Below, piece by piece: positions 10,024 to 19,960 of a DNA stretch of 64,000 bases. The notes beneath the pieces were generated by a model, which had not been told where the DNA came from, did no database searches, and saw only the letters and a list, made by a program, of their open reading frames with translations. A program made the translations under genes and the position numbers. The stretch covers positions 1,454 through 65,453 of the forward strand of contig DATALD010000096.1 of NCBI GenBank assembly GCA_036261255.1, in the 5' to 3' direction. Origin of the DNA: Bacteroidales bacterium (lineage in GTDB: Bacteria; Bacteroidota; Bacteroidia; Bacteroidales; VadinHA17). The stretch's first letter is position 1. Each line of letters starts with the position of its first letter.

Positions 10024-10704
10024 ATGCTTATGAGAATACTGTATATAACAGCAACTGATGCTGAGTCTTTTGCCCTTAGCAACATACAAGGGATCTCCCG
10101 GGCTGGGAATTCCTTCAGGTTCGGGAATACGGAGATAGAATTGCTTGTATCAGGGGTTGGCACAGTTGCTACAGCATGGAGCATGATGAAATGGTTCTCA
10201 GACAACGGCAGACCTGATTTAGCAATAAATGGAGGTATTGCAGGGAGTTTCAGTGAGAATACTTATATTGGCGATGTAGTAATGCCTGTGGAAGAATGCT
10301 TTGCCGATGCAGGAATTGAGGATAATGATGAGTTCAGAACACTTTTTGAAGCAGGATTGACCAATCCTGATGAGTTTCCATTCATTGGTGGAAAACTTCA
10401 TTCAAATGAAATGTTCAAGCAGATTTATAGCGAAGATATCAGTAAGGTCAGGGCAATCACAACCGGAACAACAACCGGATCGGTTAACTCACGTGAGAAA
10501 TTAATTCACAAATACAGTCCTGACATAGAAACAATGGAGGGAGCTGCCTTTTTTTATATTTGTGCTCGTGAAAACGTTCCTTTCTTTGCTTTAAGGGCAA
10601 TCTCAAACAAAGTAGGCCCGCGAAACAGGAAAGAATGGAATATTGCACTTGCCCTTCAAAACCTCTCAGGAGCTATTAATGATGTATTATTAAAACTTCA
10701 ATGA
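10024..10704 (+). CDS. mqnB: Futalosine hydrolase-like nucleosidase (PNP/MTAN fold)
   Basis: The track ORF begins at 9856 inside queD on the opposite strand. The plausible start is the ATG at 10024 (MLMRILYITATD). Contains METMEGAAFFYIC...ALRAISNKVG. mqnD follows 4 nt later. Confidence 0.6.
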   Translation: MLMRILYITATDAESFALSNIQGISRAGNSFRFGNTEIELLVSGVGTVATAWSMMKWFSDNGRPDLAINGGIAGSFSENTYIGDVVMPVEECFADAGIEDNDEFRTLFEAGLTNPDEFPFIGGKLHSNEMFKQIYSEDISKVRAITTGTTTGSVNSREKLIHKYSPDIETMEGAAFFYICARENVPFFALRAISNKVGPRNRKEWNIALALQNLSGAINDVLLKLQ

Positions 10705-10708
10705 ACAG

Positions 10709-11542
10709 ATGAAGCTAAATCTCGGTTTCTCACCTTGTCCGAATGATACATTCATATTTGAGGCAATGGTACATGGCAGAATTGACACTGAAGGCATTGA
10801 ATTTGAATATTTTCTTGCCGATGTGGAAGAGCTCAATAAAAGAGCCTTCGCGGGTGATGTGGATATAACTAAGATGAGCTATCATGCTTATGTTTATGCA
10901 GCAAAGAATTACCTCATCCTTGATTCTGGTAGTGCACTTGGATACCGGAATGGACCTCTTCTCATTAGTAAAAAAAGAGTTTCAAAATCGGACCTGCCAG
11001 GTTTAAAGATTGCCATACCAGGGAAATATACTACTGCTAATTTATTGCTCAGCATAGCCTGGCCTAATGCCATGAACAAGGTGGTATATCTTTTTTCAGA
11101 TATAGAACAGGCTATCCTCGACGGAGAAGTTGATGCCGGGCTTATTATTCATGAATCGAGGTTTACTTACCAGAAAAAAGGATTACATAAAATTGCCGAT
11201 ATGGGAGAATTCTGGGAGAAGCTTACAGGGTTGCCAATACCACTTGGAACAATTGTGGTAAAACGTAGCCTTCCGAAGGAGATTATGATGAAGGTAAACA
11301 GGATCATCAGGAGAAGTCTTGAGTATGCTCTTAAAGATGGCTCTGCATCTCAAGCATTCGTTTCTGAGAATGCACAAGAAATGGAAGAATCTGTTATGAG
11401 CAGTCATATAAAACTTTACGTGAATGAGTTTTCACTTGATCTTGGAGATATAGGTAGAAAAGCTGTTTCGGAGTTATACAGGATTGCCGGAAATAAAGAA
11501 ATTATTCCGACACTACCTGAAAGAATTTTCCTTATTCAATAA
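10709..11542 (+). CDS. mqnD: 1,4-dihydroxy-6-naphthoate synthase (futalosine pathway)
   Basis: 277 aa. The N-terminal GFSPCPNDTFIFEAMVHGRIDTEG signature is characteristic of MqnD (VitK2 biosynthesis family). Confidence 0.75.
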   Translation: MKLNLGFSPCPNDTFIFEAMVHGRIDTEGIEFEYFLADVEELNKRAFAGDVDITKMSYHAYVYAAKNYLILDSGSALGYRNGPLLISKKRVSKSDLPGLKIAIPGKYTTANLLLSIAWPNAMNKVVYLFSDIEQAILDGEVDAGLIIHESRFTYQKKGLHKIADMGEFWEKLTGLPIPLGTIVVKRSLPKEIMMKVNRIIRRSLEYALKDGSASQAFVSENAQEMEESVMSSHIKLYVNEFSLDLGDIGRKAVSELYRIAGNKEIIPTLPERIFLIQ

Positions 11543-11629
11543 GATTACAGCGTGATAATTCCTATTTTTGAACATAGCTTTTCGTTTATTGTTTTTATAA
11601 TGAAGTGTAAACTTAAATAACAAAGCAAC

Positions 11630-12205
11630 ATGGCATTTGAACTCCCTAAACTATCTTACAAACCTGATTCACTGGCACCCTTTATCAGCGCCGAAACAAT
11701 CGACTTTCATTATGGCAAGCATCACCAGGCTTATGTCAACAATCTGAATGGTCTTGTTTCCGGAACAGAATTTGAAAACGCAAGTCTTGAGACAATTATT
11801 AAAAAAGCTGAAGGGGGAATATTTAATAATGGATCGCAGGTTTGGAATCATACCTTTTATTTCGAATCATTTTCTCCAAAAGGACTTAGAAAGCCAGAAG
11901 GATCTATTAGTGAGGCGATTAATAAAGCATTTTCCTCCTTTGATTCTTTCAAAGAGCAATTCAGCAAGTCTGCCGGAACATTATTCGGCTCAGGATGGGT
12001 ATGGCTCGTGAAGAATGAAAATCGAGAACTGCAGATCGTACAGGAATCCAACGCTGGTAACCCATTGAGAAAGGGGTTGATCCCATTGTTAGCATGCGAT
12101 GTTTGGGAACACGCATATTATATTGATTACAGGAACAAAAGACCTGATTACATTAAAAATTTCTGGGAGATACTCGATTGGGAAATAATATCCTCAAGGT
12201 TCTGA
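11630..12205 (+). CDS. sodB: Fe/Mn superoxide dismutase
   Basis: 191 aa. FELPKLSY...FHYGKHHQAYVNNLN...DVWEHAYYIDYRNKRPDY. Confidence 0.9.
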   Translation: MAFELPKLSYKPDSLAPFISAETIDFHYGKHHQAYVNNLNGLVSGTEFENASLETIIKKAEGGIFNNGSQVWNHTFYFESFSPKGLRKPEGSISEAINKAFSSFDSFKEQFSKSAGTLFGSGWVWLVKNENRELQIVQESNAGNPLRKGLIPLLACDVWEHAYYIDYRNKRPDYIKNFWEILDWEIISSRF

Positions 12206-12241
12206 GTTAAATATTCCTTAGAAGCTAAAAAAAAACAAACA

Positions 12242-12814
12242 ATGGATCTGAAGAGTCTTGTATTAAAGAACCGTTCATACAGGAGGTTCAATGAAACACA
12301 CAAAGTTGAATATCCCGTTCTTGAGAAATTAATCGATCTTGCCCGCTTTACGCCATCTGCGGGAAACAGACAACCGCTGAAATTCCTGTTATTTAATACT
12401 CCTGAGAAGTGTGACAGGATTTTCCCTTCTCTGTCGTGGGCTGGTTATCTTAAGGAATGGCCCGGACCTGAAGAAGGAGAAAGACCATCAGCCTATGTAG
12501 TTATTCTTGGTGATAAATCAATATTTGAAAGTTTTGGAACTGACCTGGGAATAGTTGCTCAAACAATAATGCTTGGGGCTGCAGAAATTGGTCTTGGTGG
12601 CTGCATGATACAATCAATAAAGAAAGAAGATCTTCGTCAGGAGCTTAAGTTGCCTGATATATATGAGATTTTACTTGTTCTTGCAATTGGGAAACCGGTT
12701 GAGGAGGTCGTTATTGATGATGTGAAGTCAGGAGAAATAAAATACTGGCGCGATGTAAACAAAATTCATCATGTTCCAAAAAGAAACCTGAGCGACCTGA
12801 TTCTAAAGTTATGA
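12242..12814 (+). CDS. Nitroreductase family protein
   Basis: 190 aa. RRSYRRF-like N-terminus (NRSYRRF), SAGNRQP, and the typical length and organisation. Confidence 0.7.
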   Translation: MDLKSLVLKNRSYRRFNETHKVEYPVLEKLIDLARFTPSAGNRQPLKFLLFNTPEKCDRIFPSLSWAGYLKEWPGPEEGERPSAYVVILGDKSIFESFGTDLGIVAQTIMLGAAEIGLGGCMIQSIKKEDLRQELKLPDIYEILLVLAIGKPVEEVVIDDVKSGEIKYWRDVNKIHHVPKRNLSDLILKL

Positions 12815-13512
12815 GGCTTTTTTTAATTCTGTTTTTCTTCTACCTCTTTCAGGGTATTGATCTCCAGGGTCAGAAACGTACAATACAATTGCAGGGTAAT
12901 GTAATGGCATCAGAATCACTTTCACCGCTTCCTGACTCCAGGATTGTTATCAACAGAAAGATTGAGGCTGTTACAGATGCCCAGGGTAACTTTTCATTAG
13001 TGGTTCTTACAGGAGATACTGTTACTTTCAGCCGGCTTGGCTATAAAGATACACAGATGGTTATCAATGACTCGCTCAAAAATACAACTTATACGTCAGG
13101 TATCTTTATGGACAGCGATACGATTTCAATTGATGAAGTAATTATTGTCCCATCTCTTGATTATGTGAAGGCAGATCTTATGAATCCTTCATTAACAACC
13201 TCAAGAGAATTTGAAAATGCAAAGTATAATATTGCTTTTTCTGCTTACATGGGAAGAAATAGCGCAGGAAGTCTTGGTGATCCTTCCTTAAACTATAATC
13301 TGATTCATAAAAAACAGACTATCGATGCCTCAGAGAAAGGAGGTATCGCATCGAGTGGGATGGTCAGCCTAAATCCATTAGCTATTGGACTGGCTGCAGT
13401 CTATTTGATTAAAAATGGATTGCCCGAAAAACCACAACCAATTAAAAGAACAATCCCGGATTATGAGCTTGAGCTAATCAAGAAAGAATATCTCAGGAGA
13501 CAAAGACAATAA
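12811..13512 (+). CDS. Secreted protein with carboxypeptidase-regulatory-like (CarbopepD_reg) N-terminal domain
   Basis: Signal-like N-terminus. GNVMASES..PLPDSRIVIN....TDAQGNFSLVV..GDTVTFSRLGYK pattern. 4-nt overlap with the upstream gene. Confidence 0.5.
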   Translation: MRLFLILFFFYLFQGIDLQGQKRTIQLQGNVMASESLSPLPDSRIVINRKIEAVTDAQGNFSLVVLTGDTVTFSRLGYKDTQMVINDSLKNTTYTSGIFMDSDTISIDEVIIVPSLDYVKADLMNPSLTTSREFENAKYNIAFSAYMGRNSAGSLGDPSLNYNLIHKKQTIDASEKGGIASSGMVSLNPLAIGLAAVYLIKNGLPEKPQPIKRTIPDYELELIKKEYLRRQRQ

Positions 13513-13527
13513 GCTAATATCTAAGGA

Positions 13528-14439
13528 TTATCCTTTTATGAAGATTGCCTTTATTATGTGAGCGGCCATTTTTGGATTTTCTTTAAGCCGTCTTGTAGAG
13601 TAACCAAACCATTTTTCTCCAAAAGGAACATAGACTCTCATGTTATGACCCGCTTTGACAATACTATCCCTGAGAGAAGGGGTTACACCATAGAGCATTT
13701 GGAACTCGTACATGTCTTTTGATACCTTGTACTTTTCAATCAGTCTGTATGCGCCCTCAATCAGGGGTTTGTCATGTGTTGCAATTCCTACTTTAACACC
13801 ATTCCTGAGCATGAATTCAAGATCTTCAAGGTAGTGATCATTAATCTCCTGGTATTTTTTATATGCAATTTCAGCTGATTCAATGTAAATACCTTTACAC
13901 AGCCTGAAATTCAAGGGAGCATCAGGTTCATGCATATCCATCAAATTATTGATGTCTTTATAAGTACGCTTAAGGTAAGCCTGCAATACAAGCCCAACGT
14001 TTAATGGGTATTCTTTTTTTAACCGTCGGTAGAGTTCAATTTCCATATCTGTGCAGGGAGCATCCTCCATGTCGATCCTAATAAAGCCATTGTATGATGC
14101 GGCTTTGGCAACTATATCTCTTAAGTGTCCGTAACAAACTTCCTTATCAATGAGAAGCCCGAAACTTGTAGGTTTAACTGAAAAATTCCCGTTAATAGAA
14201 TTCCTGTAAGAGACATCAATAAGATCAAGGTACTCTTTTTTATTGGTTTCAGCTTCGTCGAGATTCTTGATGAATTCGCCAAGGACATCAATTGAAACTT
14301 TTATTCCTTTGTTATTCAAGTCTTTGGAAACCCGCATAGCATCTTCAACGGTTTCACCTGAGATATAAGATTTCGAGAATATCCAGATGAATTTTTTCGG
14401 CATGTACGGCAACATAGCCGCAATCAACTTATTAAACAT
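13528..14439 (-). CDS. Proline dehydrogenase family protein (stand-alone)
   Basis: 303 aa. IDMEDA, QAYLKRT and the C-terminal YVPFG..W.GYSTRRLKENP motif typical of monofunctional PRODH. Confidence 0.75.
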   Translation of the reverse strand: MFNKLIAAMLPYMPKKFIWIFSKSYISGETVEDAMRVSKDLNNKGIKVSIDVLGEFIKNLDEAETNKKEYLDLIDVSYRNSINGNFSVKPTSFGLLIDKEVCYGHLRDIVAKAASYNGFIRIDMEDAPCTDMEIELYRRLKKEYPLNVGLVLQAYLKRTYKDINNLMDMHEPDAPLNFRLCKGIYIESAEIAYKKYQEINDHYLEDLEFMLRNGVKVGIATHDKPLIEGAYRLIEKYKVSKDMYEFQMLYGVTPSLRDSIVKAGHNMRVYVPFGEKWFGYSTRRLKENPKMAAHIIKAIFIKG

Positions 14440-14621
14440 AGTGACTTGATTCTAAGATTCAGTTAAAATGAGTGTCAAAATAACAGGTTCATTGTATATT
14501 TTTAAATGACCTTTATCATTCGTAACAAATTTATTATCCATAATCTCGTATTAATTCAGAAAATTTTTCATAAAATGCAACCATTTGATAACCCGAAATG
14601 TCTTAGAAATGTCCTCAGAAA

Positions 14622-15179
14622 ATGATGAGTGACCAGCAAATAATAGAAGGTTGTGCAAAACATGACAGAATAGCACAGCAGGAATTATACGATCAGTATT
14701 CGCGCTTTCTACTTGGAGTATGTATGAGGTATGCGACAGACAGATCGGAAGCTGAAGATATTTTACAGGAGAGTTTTTTGAAGATCTTTTTTAGTATAAA
14801 AGATTTCTCGGGATCAGGTTCTTTTATAGGTTGGCTTAGAAAGGTAGCTGTGAACACTGCTATAACTCATTATCACAGAAATTTGAAGTTCAGATACCAT
14901 CTTGAAATTGAGGAATATGTTTCGATAGAAGCCGGAGTTTCAAGTTTTGAAGAAGATTTTTTTACATCTGATGAGTTACAGAAAGTATTAAACGATTTAC
15001 CGGCAGGTTACAGAATGGTTTTTAATCTTTATGCTATTGAAGGTTATAAACATAAGGAGATAGCTGAAATGCTCGGGATAGATGTTAATACCTCGAAATC
15101 ACAATACAGCAGGGCTAGATCTGCATTAAGGGAAAAACTTGAGCTGCTTGAAAAGCTTAAAAAAAGATATAATGAATAA
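14622..15179 (+). CDS. ECF-type RNA polymerase sigma-70 factor
   Basis: 185 aa. Region 2 (AEDILQESFLKIF....WLRKVAVNTAI) and region 4 (LPAGYRMVFNLYAIEGYKHKEIAEMLGIDVNTSKSQYSRAR). Confidence 0.85.
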   Translation: MMSDQQIIEGCAKHDRIAQQELYDQYSRFLLGVCMRYATDRSEAEDILQESFLKIFFSIKDFSGSGSFIGWLRKVAVNTAITHYHRNLKFRYHLEIEEYVSIEAGVSSFEEDFFTSDELQKVLNDLPAGYRMVFNLYAIEGYKHKEIAEMLGIDVNTSKSQYSRARSALREKLELLEKLKKRYNE

Positions 15180-15215
15180 ATAAACAATACTTATTTGATC
15201 AAAGGGGATAAAAAA

Positions 15216-16481
15216 ATGGACATTGAGGAATTATTCAGGCATAAGCTTGAGAATGACGAGATAATTCCATCGAAGCAAGTTGGGCAGATTCTGATGAGGA
15301 AACTTGCATTGCGTGAGTTCATGAGTTTTAATCCTGCCCGCTTTAACATATATTACCTTGGCGCTATTGTGGCCGGTATTATTGTTACCGCAGCTTTGAT
15401 TTTATCTGGGAAAGATGATAAAGAAGCTGAAAAACAAATTCCTCCTCAGACAAGATCAGAAATTTCAATCCCGGTTCCCGTAGCCAGCATTGAGAAACAA
15501 TCTGTTATCGCGGGTGCAAAGTCGAGAAACAGTTCGAGAATTGCATCCTCATCGGAGAGGACTCCTGAAGTAATTGAATTAAGTAAACAATTGACAGAAA
15601 GAACCAATTTTGATGGCGAAGAAAAAAAATCGATTGATGTTTCTAATATTCTGGTAGATAAAAAAGCAGCAGAAATTACCTCCGGAAATAAAGTCATGTT
15701 TAGTCCCTCTGTTTTAACAGGCTGTGTTCCATTAAACGTTCATTTCGAACAAGGAACGGACGAATATGAATCATGCCTATGGTCTTTTGGAGATGGGGGT
15801 AGTTCTACAGACAGGAATCCTGACTGGCTCTTTAAAAATGAAGGTTCGTATAATGTTGTTCTGACTGTTTCAAATGCGGGAAGATCAGAAAGTTATGCAA
15901 CGACAATAACAGTACATCCACAGCCTGTAGCAGATTTTTCGATATATCCCGAGAGTCCTGTTCTTCCTGATGATAAAGTAATGTTCAGGAACTTTTCAAC
16001 AAATGGAGTATCATACTTGTGGAACTTTGGAGATGGTACAGGTTCAACAGATTTCGAACCTGAACATAAATATGATAAATACCTTGCTTATTCAATTAGC
16101 CTTGTTGCACGATCAGAGTATGGATGCACAGATACAATCACCAAGACAGATATTTTCTCATCCACAGATTACTACATCAGGATGCCTAATGCCTTCATTC
16201 CTAATATTGGCGGATCTACAGGAGGCATTTATTCAGCAACTAGTGATGAAAAGTCTGAGATCTTTCATCCGGTTTCAAATGGAGTAACCGAATTCTCAAT
16301 GACTATCCATAGTAAGCTTGGGATAACTCTTTTTGAAACAAAAGATATTTACACCGGCTGGGATGGTTATTATAAAGGACAATTATGCAATTCCGGCGTC
16401 TATATCTGGAAGATAAAAGGACGGTTCAGGAATGGAGAGACATTCATTCAAATGGGCGATGTCACATTATTAAAAAAGTGA
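15216..16481 (+). CDS. Single-pass membrane protein (anti-sigma-like position) with low-complexity linker, two PKD-like repeats and a T9SS type-B (CHU_C / gliding-motility) C-terminal sorting domain
   Basis: ATG at 15216 (MDIEELFRHKLEN). Hydrophobic helix YYLGAIVAGIIVTAALILSG about 50 aa in. WSFGDGGSS...YNVVLTVSN and WNFGDGTGS repeats. C-terminus reads PNAFIPN...IFHP...GWDGYYKG...GVYIWKI...GDVTLLK. Confidence 0.65.
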   Translation: MDIEELFRHKLENDEIIPSKQVGQILMRKLALREFMSFNPARFNIYYLGAIVAGIIVTAALILSGKDDKEAEKQIPPQTRSEISIPVPVASIEKQSVIAGAKSRNSSRIASSSERTPEVIELSKQLTERTNFDGEEKKSIDVSNILVDKKAAEITSGNKVMFSPSVLTGCVPLNVHFEQGTDEYESCLWSFGDGGSSTDRNPDWLFKNEGSYNVVLTVSNAGRSESYATTITVHPQPVADFSIYPESPVLPDDKVMFRNFSTNGVSYLWNFGDGTGSTDFEPEHKYDKYLAYSISLVARSEYGCTDTITKTDIFSSTDYYIRMPNAFIPNIGGSTGGIYSATSDEKSEIFHPVSNGVTEFSMTIHSKLGITLFETKDIYTGWDGYYKGQLCNSGVYIWKIKGRFRNGETFIQMGDVTLLKK

Positions 16482-16620
16482 TTCCTGCTTCATTTTTTTG
16501 ATGTACATAATGAAACAATTGAGCAATGCGGTTCGTTTAAGGATAAAAATATACGTAATAAGTAAGGAATATTAAATTCAATTACTTATTTTCGTCGACA
16601 TTAACCTAACGAGACCAATC

Positions 16621-17610
16621 TTGGCGAAGAGGGTACAATATTTTATTCTGATTTTGCTTTTAGTTAGTACTGAATTTTATGGACAGGATCCGACATTCTC
16701 ACAATTCTATGCTAATGCCCTTTACCTGTCACCTTCATTCGCCGGAGCTACAGCAGAATACAGGCTTGGTATAAATTATCGCGACCAATGGCCGTCTATT
16801 CCCGGAAAGTTCAGAACTTACAGCATATCATTCGATAAGGCAATGCCTAATTTTAATTCAGGCATTGGCATACTTGCCACTTATGATGTTGCAGGTAGTG
16901 GCGATATGAGTACAACAAATATCGGATTGTTGTATTCTTATGATTTTAACCTGAACAAAGAATGGCATATAAGGCCAGGTGTTAATTTCAAGTTTTTTTA
17001 CCAGGGCCTTGATATATATAAGCTTGTCTTTGCCAGTTCAATGCAGGGCAATGGAACATCAAGTATGGTTTCGCCTCCTCCTTTTGATAATGTGGCTGAT
17101 GTTGATTTCTCTACTTCAGCTTTGGTTTACAATGAAGCTACCTGGGCAGGTTTGTCACTTGATCATCTGCTCAAACCACGGACATCTTTCTACGGAAATG
17201 ATGATTTTATTCCTGTCAAAGTAAACATTTATGGTGGTATCCAGGTGCTTAATAAATCACGATTGAGAGTTAAAAAACAGGAGGTTATGTCAATTGCTAT
17301 GAACTTCCAGAAACAGAGTAAATTTTACCAGACTGATGTTGGGCTTTATTATTACAAATACCCACTTATTTTCGGAATGTGGTATAGGGGTATTCCTTTT
17401 ATGACATCCCAGGCAGGTGATGCAATTATCGGGCTCGTTGGAATTAAAACAGAACAAATTCACATTGGCTACAGTTACGACTTCACTATTTCGAATCTTA
17501 TCGCAAATACTTCAGGAGCGCACGAAATTTCACTTATTTACGAGTTTAATAACCTTACTCTCGGGCAACAAAGAAAACGTATAAGAGCAATACCTTGTCC
17601 GGAATTCTGA
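16621..17610 (+). CDS. PorP/SprF-family type IX secretion system membrane protein
   Basis: 329 aa with a TTG start. QDPTFSQFYANALYLSPSFAG and YRDQWPSIPG are hallmark N-terminal motifs. Located directly after a type-B CTD protein, the usual pairing. Confidence 0.8.
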   Translation: MAKRVQYFILILLLVSTEFYGQDPTFSQFYANALYLSPSFAGATAEYRLGINYRDQWPSIPGKFRTYSISFDKAMPNFNSGIGILATYDVAGSGDMSTTNIGLLYSYDFNLNKEWHIRPGVNFKFFYQGLDIYKLVFASSMQGNGTSSMVSPPPFDNVADVDFSTSALVYNEATWAGLSLDHLLKPRTSFYGNDDFIPVKVNIYGGIQVLNKSRLRVKKQEVMSIAMNFQKQSKFYQTDVGLYYYKYPLIFGMWYRGIPFMTSQAGDAIIGLVGIKTEQIHIGYSYDFTISNLIANTSGAHEISLIYEFNNLTLGQQRKRIRAIPCPEF

Positions 17611-17688
17611 GAACATGCCTTTTATTATTCTAAAAACTTATTGATAAATGCTGTCATTTATTAAAATGTTTATATTTGCGGCTGATTA

Positions 17689-18306
17689 ATGTTAAAAATA
17701 AAAAATAACATGATGAAGAATCTTACTATAGGTTTATTTGCATTACTTTTTCTTGCTATCGGAGGTTTATACTTCTTGTTTTTCTTTTCAGGCAGCAAAG
17801 AGTCTGCTCAACCTGCTGCTACAGAAACAGCAATAACTGGTGGGATAGCATACGTTAATATAGATTCATTGATCTTCAAATTCGATATGTTCACCGATAG
17901 AAGCAATGAGCTTCAGAGCAAAACAAGAACAGCAGAAGCCGAATTAAATTCTAAGGGAACGAAATATGAAAAGGGGATAAAAGATTACCAGGAAAAAGTT
18001 TCAAAAGGTCTTGTTACAAGGGCAACAGCTGCAGAAATGGAGACTTCTCTTACAAACCAGCAACAGGAGCTCATATCATTGCGCGATAAACTTCAGTCTG
18101 ATCTTATGGAAGAGGAAAGTGTTATGAACAGGCAGATACTTGACTATATAACAAAATATCTCGAAGAAAACAAAGATCAATATAATTTTCAATTTGTTCT
18201 TGGTAAGAGCTTCGGTAGCGTCGTTTTATATAGTGATACTGCTCTTGATATAACAAATAAGGTGCTTGAAGGTCTGAATCAGAAGTACCAGGCAGAGAAA
18301 AAATAA
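17689..18306 (+). CDS. OmpH/Skp-family periplasmic chaperone
   Basis: Signal/TM region followed by a coiled-coil-rich, Q/E/K-rich body of about 170 aa. The true start may be the ATG at 17710 (MMKNLTIG). Confidence 0.6.
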   Translation: MLKIKNNMMKNLTIGLFALLFLAIGGLYFLFFFSGSKESAQPAATETAITGGIAYVNIDSLIFKFDMFTDRSNELQSKTRTAEAELNSKGTKYEKGIKDYQEKVSKGLVTRATAAEMETSLTNQQQELISLRDKLQSDLMEEESVMNRQILDYITKYLEENKDQYNFQFVLGKSFGSVVLYSDTALDITNKVLEGLNQKYQAEKK

Positions 18307-18310
18307 TCCT

Positions 18311-19549
18311 ATGGGATTTGCCTCATCCTGGCTGGAAAAGAGCGCATTATTCCCGCAATTCATTGCTGAAGAACCTGATTACAAAACAGGTATTATAATA
18401 GTTGTACCGGCTTATAATGAGACAGGTATAACGTGTTTATTGGATTCCTTATTAAGATGCGAAGAACCTGACTGCAAAGTTGAAGTTCTTATTGTTATCA
18501 ATGCACCTCCTGATGCGCCTGAAGAACATATCATTAATAATGAGCTGAGTATTTCGAATATTGAAGACTGGAAATTGATAAACAAACCTTTTTTCAGGCT
18601 TTATGAATTTGAAACAAGACCTCTCCCGGGGTGGGGTGTCGGAATGGCAAGGAAAAGCGGTATGGATGAAGCTCTGAGAAGGTTTAGCCTGATAGAAAAC
18701 ACTAACGGAGTGATCGTGTCGCTTGATGCTGATTGCACAGTTCAGGCGAATTATTTTAGATCGATAGAATCAATACTATTAAGGGAAAAGAGCAGAATGG
18801 CTTGTTCCATATACTTTGAACATGAAACGAGCGATACTGGTTGCATTGATATTCTGAGGTACGAGTTGCACCTCAGGTACTACGTCAATGGATTGATTTA
18901 TTCAGGATTTCCATATTCATTTCATACTGTCGGTTCAGCAATGGCAGTAAAAGCTCTTCAATACATGAAGGTTGGGGGGATGAACCGTAAGCAAGCCGGT
19001 GAAGATTTTTATTTCATTCAAAAGCTGGCAGGAGCTGGTGATTATTTTAATTTAACGGCAACAACAGTGTTTCCTTCATCAAGAAGTTCATCAAGGGTAC
19101 CTTTTGGAACAGGCCCAACAATGGAGAAGCTTTCGAAAGGCATGGAAAATCAGCTGCTTACATATAATTTTCAGGCATTCAACGATTTAAAAGATTTTTT
19201 TGATAAAATCCCATTAATGTATCAGACTGATAATGAGTTATCTTTTGAATATAATAAGCTTTCGCCGGGAATACGATCCTTTCTTTCATTAGGGGAATTG
19301 TTGTTGAAAATTACTGAAATCAAGAAAAACACTTCATCTTATGAATCCTTTAGGAAGAGATTCTTCACCTGGTTTAACATGTTTAAAATAATTAAGTTTA
19401 TGAATCATGTTCATAACAATTTTGTTAAGAAGATCCCGGTTGGCGAAGCTTCAAAGATCTTATTAAAAAATACAGGTAAGGTCATGGATGATGCCGGAGA
19501 AATTGAATTATTGCGTTTTTTCAGGATGCAGGATAGAGGTGAAGTTTAG
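18311..19549 (+). CDS. Glycosyltransferase family 2-like protein
   Basis: 412 aa. IIVVPAYNETG...VLIVINA...SLDADC pattern of GT-A fold enzymes. Confidence 0.6.
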   Translation: MGFASSWLEKSALFPQFIAEEPDYKTGIIIVVPAYNETGITCLLDSLLRCEEPDCKVEVLIVINAPPDAPEEHIINNELSISNIEDWKLINKPFFRLYEFETRPLPGWGVGMARKSGMDEALRRFSLIENTNGVIVSLDADCTVQANYFRSIESILLREKSRMACSIYFEHETSDTGCIDILRYELHLRYYVNGLIYSGFPYSFHTVGSAMAVKALQYMKVGGMNRKQAGEDFYFIQKLAGAGDYFNLTATTVFPSSRSSSRVPFGTGPTMEKLSKGMENQLLTYNFQAFNDLKDFFDKIPLMYQTDNELSFEYNKLSPGIRSFLSLGELLLKITEIKKNTSSYESFRKRFFTWFNMFKIIKFMNHVHNNFVKKIPVGEASKILLKNTGKVMDDAGEIELLRFFRMQDRGEV

Positions 19550-19920
19550 TTATTACGTCTAGTGATCTGCCTTTCTTCTTTTGGTGTAAGTATTATATAA
19601 AGGTCCTCATCGGCCTTTTTCATCCTGTATTGTTCTCGGGCAAACTTCTCAAGGTTATTATTGTCTGTTTTGAGTTCTTTCAACTTTCGCTGATCAGTCT
19701 GTATCCTTTCAATGTAGTATTCCTTGTCTTTTTTAAGCTTTTTTAATTCCCTCATTTCCTTATATCTTGAGATAAGGTTATTGGAATCGAGAAAGATAAG
19801 CCATGCAAGAAATATAATGATTGTCAGGATGTACTTATTCCTGAGTACGGGTGGTAATTTTTCGATGATTTTTAACCTGATCATACGAAACAAACGTAAT
19901 ACTTTTTTTTCAACTGCCAC
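19546..19920 (-). CDS. Septum formation initiator (FtsB/DivIC-like) protein
   Basis: A small protein with one TM helix (ILTIIIFLAWLIFL) followed by a coiled coil and EKFAREQYRMKKADEDLYII. The start codon is uncertain. Confidence 0.6.
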   Translation of the reverse strand: MAVEKKVLRLFRMIRLKIIEKLPPVLRNKYILTIIIFLAWLIFLDSNNLISRYKEMRELKKLKKDKEYYIERIQTDQRKLKELKTDNNNLEKFAREQYRMKKADEDLYIILTPKEERQITRRNN

Positions 19921-19960
19921 TCATGATGTAACCATTTGAAACCATTCGTTTGGATAAGCT

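Noticed and set aside
14560-14621. Possible autoregulated ECF promoter (GCAACC-N18-GTCT) upstream of the sigma factor gene
   Set aside because: The spacing is longer than the usual 16-17 nt and the match rests on very few bases. Not supportable without comparative data.
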